From the NCBI RefSeq assembly GCF_000315625.1, contig NW_005434437.1, forward strand, positions 2,701-54,749: a stretch of 52,049 nucleotides of DNA, given 5' to 3'. This stretch comes from Guillardia theta CCMP2712 (lineage: Eukaryota > Protista > Cryptophyta). How positions within the stretch are numbered: position 1 is the stretch's first letter; each line of letters opens with the position of its first letter. The translations under genes were made by a program, and so were the position numbers. This document shows positions 23,401-35,084 of this stretch, piece after piece. The notes beneath the pieces were generated by a model. The model saw nothing but the letters and a program-made list of their open reading frames with translations, was not told where the DNA came from and made no database searches.

Positions 23401-25075
23401 GCCTGGAGTGCGATTGTTATGTTCTCTTTTGCGGTAAGATCGCAGCTATCTGTACTGAGCAGTGCGAAAAGATTCCTGACGGAGCTCAAGCGAAAGAAGC
23501 TATCGTTGGTTGAATCTGATGTACAAGCTACTAACGCCAGAATATTTGAGCTCGCCTGAATTCAATAGTTGAAATCTCTCTTACACACTCACGGGACATG
23601 AATACCTGCTTGAGACTGTCACACAAATTTTCTCTTCGATCTGAGAACGAATCGAGATGGTTGTAGGATGCGTCCACGTTCACATCGTTGAGGTTTTGGC
23701 CATTCGGATGCAAACGGTTCGAGTCAAGAGCAACGTCTTGGACGGGATTCCCGTCAGCTTCTCCATCAGGAAGAGGACGAGAAGCCTCAGTCCTCAGCAA
23801 CAACTCGACGAAGATATCAGCAGCACCCATGCGCGCCATCAGCAGCCTATGATTGTATCTCTTGCGAAGGGACGACTTGACTTGAAGCCACAGAAAAGCA
23901 GAGACTCCAAGACAAATCAAGACATGGGCACACTGCTTAATGAAGTTGCTGTTGAGAGATTTCAACGAAGAAAACCAAGCATTCGTTGAATTGTATTCGA
24001 TTGCTTGATTGCTGAATTCCTGGTCCCAAAACAAATGAGTTCCAATAAGACGCGATGCAAGAATCAAACCTTAATCACAAAACTTTGGTCCAGAAGGCCG
24101 TCATTCCAGTACCACAGCATGATAAGGCTCCACAGTGAACCGATTCCTTGAAACAAGAACCACCTGTCTTGCTCAATCAAAGGCTGAAAACAACGGCAAG
24201 ATGAAGAGGACTCACGTGCCCGTGTTTAGAACTAAGCTCTCGAGGATACACCGCAAGGGACTTTGAAGCGTCGTGCTAGTGATGTCCTTGACAACTATCT
24301 GTAGTTGCCGAACTGTCTCATATCGAAGATTGAGTTCCATTCGAGGGCTTGACAGCTCGGAGAACAGACTCGTGAATCGATTGCTTTGCCAATACCATAC
24401 CCATCGCCAATAAATCTCACCGGAGCTCCAGAGAAGGACGCCAGAGATTAGAATTACATTCAACACAAGCCCGGGAGAGAGCAGCAAGTAAGTTAGGATA
24501 TACCAGCATGCACACATGACGCGAGAAGGAAGGGGAATCTTGATAGGGGCAAGCTGTATTGCTTCCTCCTTCGATTCCCCTGCCCGAGATGTCACTCTAT
24601 GGAATTCGTCTGGCATCTTTTCGCTACTGAACAAGAATGCCTCGCCACGTTCGCTCATGTCCATGGGCATGACTTGTAATGTCAGAGACTGTGTCTGCCT
24701 AGTGAATCAGAGACACGACTGCGTGTCTGCCATGCGCCTGCCCACGTCGCTGTTGAAAGACGGCAATTCACATTGGCCTGGCAATCAAATATTACAAGGT
24801 GTCAAACAAGAGCCACAGGTGCGTCCACATTCACGCAACTTTTGGACATACTTGTTAGAAAAGAATCTTGCAACGATTTTGAGGATTTGCTTGTTATCAT
24901 TTCCTTTTGAGCTTGCCACATTCTCTAACTCGATGATTCACATCTTTGTCTTTGGTGAGAATGCACTGAACTCTTCACTGGTCTTTCTTCTCGTCTTGAG
25001 AACAGCTCCTCTACAGCTCAAGCTCGCTGCTTCTTCTCCATCCTCCTCTCTCGCTTCTCGGCTACATGTCGCCAT
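20467..25075 (-). CDS. Multi-pass membrane protein: TM segments, armadillo-like repeats, TM, PDZ, RING-CH (MARCH-type E3 ubiquitin ligase), TM
   Basis: RINGv CRICQC...LFSPCHCKGTMRYIHEKCLDTW...CDQC; PDZ LGISF...VQVGDELLCIDG; ARM GVVETLILKIRTGSNECKASAASAL. GT-AG introns join the ORFs in frame (…GQAS|VREAA…SST|GYFF…LIE|IFSD…). Confidence 0.75.
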
Positions 25076-25084
25076 AGCCTCCTA

Positions 25085-25810
25085 GTTTCCCCCCACCATC
25101 GTTCCTCTTCCCCCTAGCTGCATTGAAGGGTTGGGGGTGGAGGAGCAACGAGTGGTGAGAGGAGGGTGGGGGTGGGTGTTAGTTGAACATGGGGGTGGGG
25201 TGGGCATGTGTCTGGGAGTGACGGGTGGGTTTGAAAGTGTAGTGGAGAAGAGTGTGGGGGTGGGGGTGGGGTAGGTAGTATACTACCCTACTACCCCCCT
25301 TGGGGTAGGGTCGTCTCATGAAGATGATTCTGAGGGATTCGAGGAGTGACTGCGCAAGCCAAATTCAATTTTAACTACTATATTTCAATATTATTTCAAA
25401 AATTTTCAATATTAGATGACCTAATTCAATCTTTATAAACCAAATATATTTTGACTATAATAGCTAATACATGACTATAAGAGTGACACGAGAAGTTAGG
25501 TATGGGCCCTAAGATCGACATTTTTCTAATTGTCGTCCTAAGCTTTTCGGGTCATCATCTCCCCTTACCCTCTCCAAGTATTGCACCTTGCTATCACCAA
25601 CACGGGCCATCTACCCCTGGTATTCTACACCACCACCCCTATCCAGGGAATCATATGCAGTACCCCTCCAAGTACCTTCACTACCCGGCTTTTTGACCTC
25701 TCAATCACCGGTACTGTCACTACCCCACGTGGGGCGTTTTCATCGGATCCTCCCCTAAAGACTGCTACCCCTACCCTCGATTAGACTGTTCAAAGTACCC
25801 CTCTGACGCT
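25085..25810. promoter_or_regulatory. Divergent intergenic region: G-rich block, AT-rich core, C-rich block
   Basis: GGGGT runs at 25128-25311, AT-rich 25360-25480, TACCCC runs at 25560-25801, between two divergent ATGs. Confidence 0.5.
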
Positions 25811-25825
25811 TTAAGAGGACGCGTG

Positions 25826-27001
25826 ATGAAGCGAGGGCGGGAAGATGGCGAGGGAGGGACGAGGGTGGCGACGTATCGATGCAGCTCGAACATCGCCGTC
25901 ATCAAGTACTGGGGGAAGAGAGACAAGAAGAAGATCCTCCCCATCAACTCCTCTCTCTCTGTCACCCTCTCCCCGTTCGACATGGGAACTTGTACCTCGG
26001 CCGCCTACAATCCGTCCTGGAAAGGAGTCAAGCTGTGGCTCAATGGGAAGGAGGAGGATGCAAATACAGAGAGGATTCAGAACTGCCTTAGAGAGATACA
26101 AGCAAGGAGCGGAGAGAGTGACATGAAGGAAGGTATACGAATAGTCAGCACCAACAACTTTCCGACAGCTGCTGGACTTGCTTCGTCGGCTTCAGGCTAT
26201 GCATGCCTGGTAGCGGCACTGGGAGGGCTCTTCAAGGTCGAGGGAGATCTCTCGGTGATTGCTCGCCAGGGCTCTGGCAGTGCTTGTAGGAGCATGTATG
26301 GAGGGTTTGTGAAATGGGAGATGGGCAAGGAGGAGGACGGGAGCGACAGCATTGCAGTGCAAGTGGCACCGGAGACTCACTGGCCGAGCCTGCATGCTCT
26401 GATCCTAGTCGTGAGTGACGAGAAGAAGAAAGTCAGCAGCACTGGAGGAATGGAGGAGAGTGTCCGCACCAGCAAACTGCTGGCTCACCGAGCACAAGCG
26501 GTTGTGCCGGACCGAATGGTTCGCATGGAGCAGGCCATCAAAGATAAGGATTTCGCTGCGTTTGGGAAACTCACCATGGAGGACAGCAACCAGTTTCATG
26601 CCACCTGCTTGGACACCTGGCCGCCCATCTTCTACCTCAACGACACTTCTCGGGCCATCATCCAGTTCGTCCATGCTTTCAACGAGGAGATGGGTCAGAT
26701 TTGCGCTGCTTACACCTTTGACGCGGGGCCCAACGCCGTTCTCTTCGTGGAGGAAGCGAACTTGGTCAAGCTTGCTCATCGCGTGTCTGCTGCGTTCCCT
26801 CCATCCAAGGACAAGACACTCGAGGATCACCTCGCAGACGATGAGCTTCGCAACAAGGTGCAGGAGGTAGGAGGATGGGAGGCAGACCAAGACATGGGAG
26901 GGAGAGTGAAGTACATCATTCACACCAAGGTTGGCTGCGGACCCTCCGCCCTCACGGAGGACGAGTCGCTGATCGACCTCTCCTCGGGCCTTCCCAAGTG
27001 A
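25826..27001 (+). CDS. MVD: Diphosphomevalonate decarboxylase (intronless)
   Basis: NIAVIKYWGKRD, NNFPTAAGLASSASG, RQGSGSACRS, DSNQFHATCLDT, YTFDAGPNA. Confidence 0.97.
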   Translation: MKRGREDGEGGTRVATYRCSSNIAVIKYWGKRDKKKILPINSSLSVTLSPFDMGTCTSAAYNPSWKGVKLWLNGKEEDANTERIQNCLREIQARSGESDMKEGIRIVSTNNFPTAAGLASSASGYACLVAALGGLFKVEGDLSVIARQGSGSACRSMYGGFVKWEMGKEEDGSDSIAVQVAPETHWPSLHALILVVSDEKKKVSSTGGMEESVRTSKLLAHRAQAVVPDRMVRMEQAIKDKDFAAFGKLTMEDSNQFHATCLDTWPPIFYLNDTSRAIIQFVHAFNEEMGQICAAYTFDAGPNAVLFVEEANLVKLAHRVSAAFPPSKDKTLEDHLADDELRNKVQEVGGWEADQDMGGRVKYIIHTKVGCGPSALTEDESLIDLSSGLPK

Positions 27002-27142
27002 TTCTAGTGCTTCACTGTTATAAGTTGAATGAATCAGGAACGAAACTGGGCGAGGAAGGGGAGGAGAAGGAGGGAGGGGAGGGGGAGGAAGAGGAGGAGG
27101 GGAGGAGGAGGAGGGATATCACGAGCAAGACATCACGCTGCC

Positions 27143-30100
27143 TCAGTACATGGACGTCCGCGATCTCGGTGCGAGCTTGACGGGCGTCAGTGGTGCGGTA
27201 GAGATGTCGGGGAAGTGAGAGTCCGGGTCAGGTGGAGGTTCCCCCAGGTAGTTGGCGACGAAGGAGCTGCTTCTCTCATCCATGCGACTGCGATGCATCA
27301 CGAGCAGGGCGAGGTTGTGGAGCTCGGCATCAGCGGTTGTCACCGCCCTGTCCGCATGGATCTCCTTCTGCATGCTGTGCCAGAGTATCAGGTTGGCGAG
27401 TAATCTGCGGAGGTTGTCGACGAGATGGCTTCCCTCTCGTTCCGTCCCCTCCAGCTGCTCCAGCTGCTTCACCTGCTCCTCCCCCATCCTCCCCCACCGC
27501 CTCTCGATCGCCAAGTTCGACTTGCGCAGCTTCAGCACCATCGAGTGCACGTGCGGCTTGACCGCAGACCAGGTGGAGGCGACGCTCGCAGACTTTCGCT
27601 TGAGCCGGGGAAGGAGAGAGATGTCGGGCTCTGAGCGAACTCCGATCAGCTGACGGCGAATGAGCAGCCCGCAGCGCTCGACGACCAGCCAGAGCTTGTG
27701 GAAGGAGATGGGCTGACCCTCGTCCTCTTCCATGAGGCTGCGCACGTGCTGGTAGACTTGCACCACCTCCTCGTCCTGCACCTCCGGCTCGATGGACTGC
27801 AACATCCCTCGCAGCTTGTGGAGCTCAGAGAAGTGCCGCATGCCTTTGCCGGCGTCGAAGAGAAGCTTGAGCATCTTTCTGACCTCCTTCTTCTCCTCCT
27901 TGTACAGCATCAGCAGACTCCCCAGGAACGCGAAGGGCTCGAGAGTCTCAGACGTCTGGTCAGCTTCTCTCAAGATCTCCCGCTTCATCTCCTCCCGCAC
28001 GGTCTCTGCATAAGAATTCTCCGCATGCCGCATGATCAGCAAGTCGCAGGCCTGCGCTACCACGGGCTTCGATACCTCCAGCCATGTTCGCGCGCTCACG
28101 GAGGCCCCGAGGAGAACCTTGCGGGCAAGCATGTAGTACGCCACCTCGTCGCTGGTGCAGGAGTTGAGCAGGTAGTGAAAGTTGGCCACCTCCGGGTGCT
28201 CCTGCTGCAGCCGCACGAGGCTCTCGAGGAACTTGAAGCACTCCGCGTCTGCTCTCGTCCTCGGATGCGACGAGAGTCTGGAGGCCTCGGCGTTGCTTCC
28301 GAACCACAAGTAGACGAACTCAGCCAGGGGAAGGGACGCCTCAGGCCCAGCAATGCCTGGCATGGCGTCACACAGCCCCTTGTCCACAGAGATCTTCCTG
28401 ATGACGCTCAATGTATTTCTCAGATCCTCTCCCCTGTAGCCCGCGGAATTCGGTTTGGAGGAGGACGGCAGGAGCAGCATATCCTTGAGCCGTGTCAGCC
28501 CACCCCTCCGGTACCCTAGTGTCTCCTCCGTCTCCTCCTCCAGCTCCGTCTGATGAGGCTCAGGTGCCACCTGCTCACTCGCATCCCCTCTGCTTCCTCG
28601 TCCTCTTGTCCTCTCATTCTCAGCCGCTTCTCTGCCTCTCTCCGCCATCTCTCTCGCACTCTCCGCCTCCGCCACCTTGCGCTGCATCTCGATTTCGATC
28701 TCCTCGGATTTCCGTCTCATCCGATCGCGATCAAGGATGAGATGATGTCGATCTTGCTCCATCTGCGATGTTTTCTCTTCCATCCCTCTCAACTCTCTCA
28801 CTACTTCTCCCACCCTCTTCGTCACTTCGCCCCTCACAGTCTCCACAGCCTCCAGCAACCTTCCAACGATCGTGTTGACATCGAAATCCTCCAACGTCGC
28901 CTCCTCCTCCTGCATGTCCGCACAAGCATCGTCTCCTTGCATCTCCGTCACATGCATCCGACCAGCTACCGATGAGAGGTGCGCGGGCAGGGATCGCAGA
29001 GACGTCAACACTTTCTTGAGGATCCGGCGAGTCTCGTCGTCGGGAGGATCTTCGTGAGTGCAAGTCGACGCGTCTTGCATCTCCTGCCTTCCCAATAGCT
29101 CGCGGCGATTCTGCTGATCTCCATCTTCACTTCCTGCCTCTCCGTTCAGCTTCCTCAGTAGCGACTGGATCGTTTCCTCCATCCTGATCTCGTTCGCTTC
29201 CTTCTCCTCCAACTTCGCCTCCATGTCTCGGAGCCTCTGAGCGCTCGCAAGTATCGTCTCCTCCTTGGCTCGCAACTCGTCTCGCAGCTGAGCAACAAGC
29301 TCTGCTTCCTCCCGCTCCTCCTCCAGCCTCCTCCTCGCCACTTCCCTCAACGCCCCCAGCGCTCGCTTCAGTTTCTCCTCCTCCATGGCCGGCCCTCCCA
29401 CATAACCGTTATTCGTAACGGAAATCGAACGGACTGTCCGGGTCAAACGACCATGCGCTCGAAGGAGACGTGAGGGAGGGAAGCCTGAGGAGAAGGAGGA
29501 CGAGGAGCTCGAGGGCGCGGGGGAGGTGAGGAGGCGAGGGAGGAGGAGGCGAGTGAGGAGGAGGCGAGGGAGGAGGAGGCGAGGGAGGAGGAGGCGGTCC
29601 TGACGCGATGGGAGAAGTGAATAGCATGGAGCTCTCGTTTGAGGCGGACGTGGATAATTTCTCCCTGCGACAGCCGTCAGTTCCCCCGCCCCCCTTCTCC
29701 TCCTCCTCCTCGTTCTCCTCCTCCTGACCGTGTGAGACTTCTCGAGGAGGATGCTGACGAAGGTGCCGGGCACGTCGCTGCCTCGCAGCACTTGAAGGAC
29801 GTTGTCGTCTGTGAGCATGCAGCCCTCGGCGGCTATGAGGTTGTCGCCCCTGCTGCCACGTCACCTTCCTCCACTAAGTCGCATCATCGCACCGAAAGAA
29901 CATGCCCGACAGATCTGCCGGCCCTCCCTTGGCCACGTCTTCCACCTTGCATCCTCGCAGTTTGAGGCCGATCTGACATGACAAGCTCAGCATGAGACCA
30001 AGAAGCCTCTCCTAGCTCACAGTTGTGCGCTGCTGCTGCTGCTGCTGCTGCTCCTCGAGCTCCTCCTCTTCCTCCTTGTCTAGATCTCGAGAAGCCTCCG

Positions 30101-30150
30101 AGCTCGAGCAACTCACTCGCGCCTGACGTTGCCAGTCCTCCTGGCATGCG

Positions 30151-30244
<94 letters not shown>

Positions 30245-33200
30245 CAAACACTGAGATCAGACCAGGAGCACGGCGAGCAGGTGCCGCTGCTTTCTTTCTT
30301 GAAGCTGACAGAGTGACACATGCAGGCGCTTCCTCGCTGACATGCCGACGACCCACAAGCGAAGCACAAAGCTGACCAGGCAGCGACGAAGCTCGTCCAA
30401 GTTCACCTCCTGCGCAGACACGAGGCGACTCGAGAGCTGCTGCTGCTGCTCCACATGCCCCAACAGGCTTGACAGTCGCCAGGACAGCAACGCCCTTCCC
30501 TTGAGCGCCTGGATCCGAAGGGACAGCAAGGCTGAAGAGCCTCTGAGCCTCAAGGACGCGAGGAGGCCAAGGCAGCGACGCGTCTCCAACCAGCAGCTCA
30601 GAACCCTGACCAGCCTCGCAACCCCCGAGAGACTTGAGATGATACCTCGCGACATCCTCTCCTCCTCTGCTACCTCCCTCCAGCCCCCTATCGCTCGCTC
30701 CGCCCGCCGCCTCCTCTGCCGCCTCTCCGCCTCTCCTCGTCGGGCCTCCTCGCGCTTGCGATCCGCCCTCCTCCTTGCCCACCTCCTCAGCGCGCGCCCG
30801 GCTGCTCGCCCCTCCAGCTCCTCCCGCTTCCAGCTCCCCTTCCTCCTCGCCCCCCGCGCCCTCCGGCTTGTCTCCTCCCACGCCAGCAGCGCTGCTCTCT
30901 CCAGCCGCCTCCTCCCAGCGCTCCTCGCCCTCTGCACTGCCCTCCCCTGGCTCCTCCTCTGCTTCGTACACGCGCTCCAGCCCCGCACCGCCTCCTGCTT
31001 CATCCTTCGCCTCCTTCGCTCCTCCCCTCTCGCTCCCGCTGCCCGAGCCCTCTCGGCTCTCCGCACCTCCGCCTCCCACGCGACCAGGGCTGCCCTCCCC
31101 GTCCTCTCCTCCCTGCGCCGACCTGCTCGGGAGCACAGACTCCGCAAGCTCGCTTCCTCTTGCCTCAGCTCCCCCCAGGCCTTGAGACTGCCTTCCACCA
31201 TGCGCCTCTCCTGTCTCTTCTGCAGAGCCCTCCCTCCCTCCCTTACCTCCTCCACGTACCACTGCCACCCCCGCACCGCTCCCCTCACCCTTCCCTTCCT
31301 CCTCGCCTCCCCCGCCCTCCTCCCGATCTCCTTCCTCGCTCTCCGCCCCTCGCCTGCTCGCTCCAGCTCGTCAAGCTCCGCCACAGGTACAGCTGCTGCG
31401 TCTTGAGCACCAGCTCAGCCCAGCTCGTCTCCTGCTTCCTCTCAGCCCGCGCCGCTGCTTCTTTCTGCGCCTCCTCCTCCTCCGTCCGCCTCTTCTCCTC
31501 CCTCGCCTCCTTCACCCACCCAGCCCATCCCTCAAACCTCTCCCCCAGCCGAGCCTCCCGATCCTCCCGCGCCCCCGCTGCCGCCCCGCCCATGCCCACA
31601 CCACCTCCCGCTGCCCCTCCCTCGCCTTCCTCCTTCCCAAGCTCCCTGCTGCCTGCTCCAGCACCCTACGCTTTGCCTCTGTCTGCTCCAGCAGCCTCGT
31701 CCTCTCTCCTTCATGCGCCGCCCTCTCCTCCTCTGCTACCTCCCTCCAGCCCCCTATCGCTCGCTCCGCCCGCCGCCTCCTCTGCCGCCTCTCCGCCTCT
31801 CCTCGTCGGGCCTCCTCGCGCTTGCGATCCGCCCTCCTCCTTGCCCACCTCCTCAGCGCGCGCCCGGCTGCTCGCCCCTCCAGCTCCTCCCGCTTCCAGC
31901 TCCCCTTCCTCCTCGCCCCCCGCGCCCTCCGGCTTGTCTCCTCCCACGCCAGCAGCGCTGCTCTCTCCAGCCTCCTCCTCCCAGTGCGCCAGGCTATTTC
32001 TGCGCGGCATTTGGAAGTTTGTAGCTGGCGAGTATGTTGTTTCCACTGGAAAAGGTTGTTTTCTGCAAGAGGAGTAGATAGAGGGTTGGTTCTGATTGAT
32101 CTTTCTCAACTGGTTCAATGCACGCATGCTCGATCTCTTCTGTCAGTTGATGATTGCTTTCATCTCCCTTCTCCATGAGGACCAAGTCTCTCCATGACAT
32201 GAATGCCGCGCTTGTTCTCATCATAGAGATCCTTCGAAGGGCTCTGTGCTGAATAACACTGATCGACTTCACATGATATCTCCAGACTTTGACCATCAGC
32301 TTGCGCGTCATCCGCTCCTTTGCTGCCTCGTCCGACTTCTCTCTCTCGCAGCACCTCCATAGCCCGAAGGCCTTCAGCGAAAGGCTCCTCCTTCTCTCTC
32401 GCTGCTGCCATCGAAGCAAGCTCTCCCGCAGCCCGACTCTGTCAACCTCCAGCTGTTCACTCAGTCACACAGGGCTGAAACACGAGCAGAGCTGATTGTC
32501 AGTGCATCTACCTCCTCCTCCAGCTCGGCAAGCACTTCGAGGCAGCAGCTCTTCATGTCTCGGCAGCTGTCTTCTGCCCTCTTCAAGCGCTCGCTATCAG
32601 CAAGCAACATCTTCGTCCACAACTGGATGGCAAGGTCGACGGTCGAGGTTGCGTCAGTTGTGTCTTGCGGCGGATCTTCGAAGAAGTTTTGGATGCAAGC
32701 AAACAACTCAAGCATTCGTCGCTTGTCCGCCACTTCTTCCGACCGCATGCGGCTCAAGACCACTTGCCGAACCTCTGCCTGCAACCAGTGCACGCGTTAT
32801 CCAATAGCACAGAGGGAATGCCCGAGTGAGGGCTGATTCACCTTTCCTTGCTTGCGGAAGGAGAGCTTGACCTGCGAGCCCGGTACGTCGTCTCCTCGAA
32901 GTAGAGCATGCAGCACCTGCGACGATGACGCAGGCTGGTCATCCACTGCCAGGATCTCATCCCCCCTAGCTAGGGCCTGGGAGGAGAAGGCGGGGCCTCC
33001 AACAACTAGTCCCTCGATGACAAACCCGTTGAGCATGACGCCAACCTGCTGCTCTCTCAGCCCCTCCTCTGTCTCGAGGTGACTCACCGTCGACTTTGAC
33101 GAGAACCCTGCGGGCAGCAAGCGAGTTTCCCCCAAGTCTGCCACATCAAGTCACTGCACCAGACCCTGCACAGGAGGGCTCGCCCGCGATACCAGCAGCG

Positions 33201-33295
33201 GATGAAGAGGAGGAGGAGGAAGGGAGGGAAGTTGGGAAGGAGGAGACCATGGCGATCCTCCTCCGCATCGCTGCGACCTTCTCCTTCATCGCCAT
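27143..33295 (-). CDS. Large protein: PDZ, coiled coil, Trp-periodic Sfi1-like helical repeats, second PDZ, coiled coil, helical C-terminal domain; contains apparent frameshifts
   Basis: PDZ1 VGVMLNGFVIEGLVVGGPA...GDEILAVD...RGDDVPGS; PDZ2 IGLKLRGCKVEDVAKGGPA...RGSDVPGT. Repeats such as KAFGLWR, AAFMSWR, RSLTSWS, AALVAWE, RALRRWA. In-frame splice path across 30265-29970. Confidence 0.65.
29527..29596 (+). repeat. 18-bp tandem repeat (gaggaggcgagggaggag) x~4
   Basis: Seen directly. Confidence 0.8.
30151..30243 (+). repeat. Compound microsatellite (CAT)14(CAG)17, intronic
   Basis: Counted directly; lies inside a predicted minus-strand GT-AG intron. Confidence 0.95.
30656..31984 (+). repeat. 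~263-bp direct repeat pair (30656-30918 and 31722-31984)
   Basis: Near-identical copies 1066 bp apart. Confidence 0.92.
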
Positions 33296-33470
33296 CGCCC
33301 GCAGTGTCAAGCTAAAACCGTGACTGAGGGAACAAGTGCCTTTTACTCATAGTGAATCATCACTAGGAAAACAAGTCCGCCTCAGATATGGAGTAGTATA
33401 TATAGTAAGGCAGCAATCAAGTATAGAAGATGAATAACTGAAGCAGCAGCGGCAGTACTCGGTCCGAGCC

Positions 33471-34984
33471 ATGGCGACGTTGCAAGAGTTTGCGAGCGCG
33501 TTGCTTGAGCGAGGAGGGCGAAGAGCGGAGGAGGAGCTGGAGGACGAGGAGCAGACTGAGTTGCTGTCCCCTCCATTCATTCATGTGATCTCCTCCATGT
33601 GCTTGTCCTGTGCCTCACGCTGTTGTCAGTGGGGGAGCGAGGGCAGGGGCCGCTTACAGGGCAATGTCAGGACAGCGCAAGTCCTCCTTGTAGTCAGTCA
33701 GTCGGCTGCGCTGTCCTCCCTCCAGGTCACTCGATGCTCATGCATCTGATCTCTGACTTGGTCCATCAGGCCTGCATCCGTGCAGAGAGTCTGACAGAAG
33801 AAGGGATCGTCTTCTTGGAGGAATGCAGCTTTCGAGGGGAGCCACAGTCAAACGGCGTTCTGACAAACTGCTGGAAGTAAGGAGCTCTGAGAGAGATGTC
33901 ACAATCACGTCACAGCTGACACTTTGACCAGAATCCTGAGCTCTAAGGGCTCGGACGTATTGATTGTCGTCGTAGGAAGTGAGTTTGGACATTGGATCCA
34001 GAAATAGGTTCTCATTTCCGAGATAGGTCAAACCTGGTCACAGAGATACCATGCTTGTGCCAAGCTGCTGTGCGACTCCATCATAGCACACAAGTACTGA
34101 TATCAAACATGATCTGTCGGAGCAGTCACGTCAGTCCTGAACAGGACGTACATCTTCGACGAACTACCTCGGAGGAGGTGCGGTGTGGAGTTGAGTGAGC
34201 AACAATCGCTGCTGAGGTGAGCATGTCTGTTCTCCTACCATCGGCTTCAGCTCATCACTGCGTGCGAATCTTCAGGTTTGTGAGCACCGATGAAGGCTTG
34301 TCCTTGAAGGAAGACCCAGCCGTCGAGAGATTGCAGATGCTAGAAACCGGATCGGTAAACCTGCAGTCTTGGATGGAAGAATGTGGTATGATGATGCGGG
34401 GTAGATCATCGACGGGTTTTCAGCTGCTCTCATGTCTGCTTGTCAACTTCGACGTCGTTCTGCCGTTGGTTCTGTCAAAGAGCAAGATCGAGCTTGACTT
34501 GTCGTTGCAGGGACTAATTGTCACCCTCACGAATGAAGCAGACGAAGTTCGGCATCAAGGCAGAAGCGGCCTTCCGTCCTTGGAGCTCGTTCAAACCCTC
34601 AGGTCTCCATCCTTGTGGTCAAAGAGCGCTGAACGTTTCCCCAGAGCCGTGCTGCAGGCATCAGGAGCAGAGACTGCGCCACCAACAGAGGCAGAGGTGG
34701 TCGAGGCGGCAGGTGAGGTCGCGTGAGTTCAGTGCTGCGTCTGAGAGCTTGACGAGCAGGATCGAGCGAGCTCTACTCCTGAGCACTTTCACGCACCATA
34801 AGGATTCCGCCATTCACTTGCCAGGAGGAGGAGGCCTGAAGCAGGAGCTGAGCGACCCTTCAAGGCTTGAGGGGATAGCGGCAGCTCTTGCTATCCTTGA
34901 ACTTCAAGCTTGTCGGTATCTACTGAGGGTCGGCCACCTGGCAATGCTTGATGAATTCACTTTGACAACTCTTTCAGTCAGTGA
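33471..34984 (+). CDS. Hypothetical multi-exon protein (3' end approximate)
   Basis: ATG at 33471, chained ORFs with GT-AG introns, TATATA at ~33397; no family recognised. Confidence 0.55.
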
Positions 34985-35084
34985 TATGAAGTCAATCAAA
35001 CTTAAATGCTGTCAACCGGATTGAACCGCTTCACTGTCAGTACTTGAACTTACCAGGCTGTCGTTCAGGTTCATGTTAACCCAT

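Noticed and set aside
25128-25311. Telomeric repeat array
   Set aside because: No regular tandem unit; internal position between genes
29884-30369. ORFs with poly-L/M, poly-I/S or poly-C runs
   Set aside because: Translations of the intronic CAT/CAG microsatellite
30192-32178. Several long overlapping Gly-, Pro- or Ser-rich ORFs on both strands
   Set aside because: Stop-poor alternative frames of a GC-rich, purine-skewed coding region
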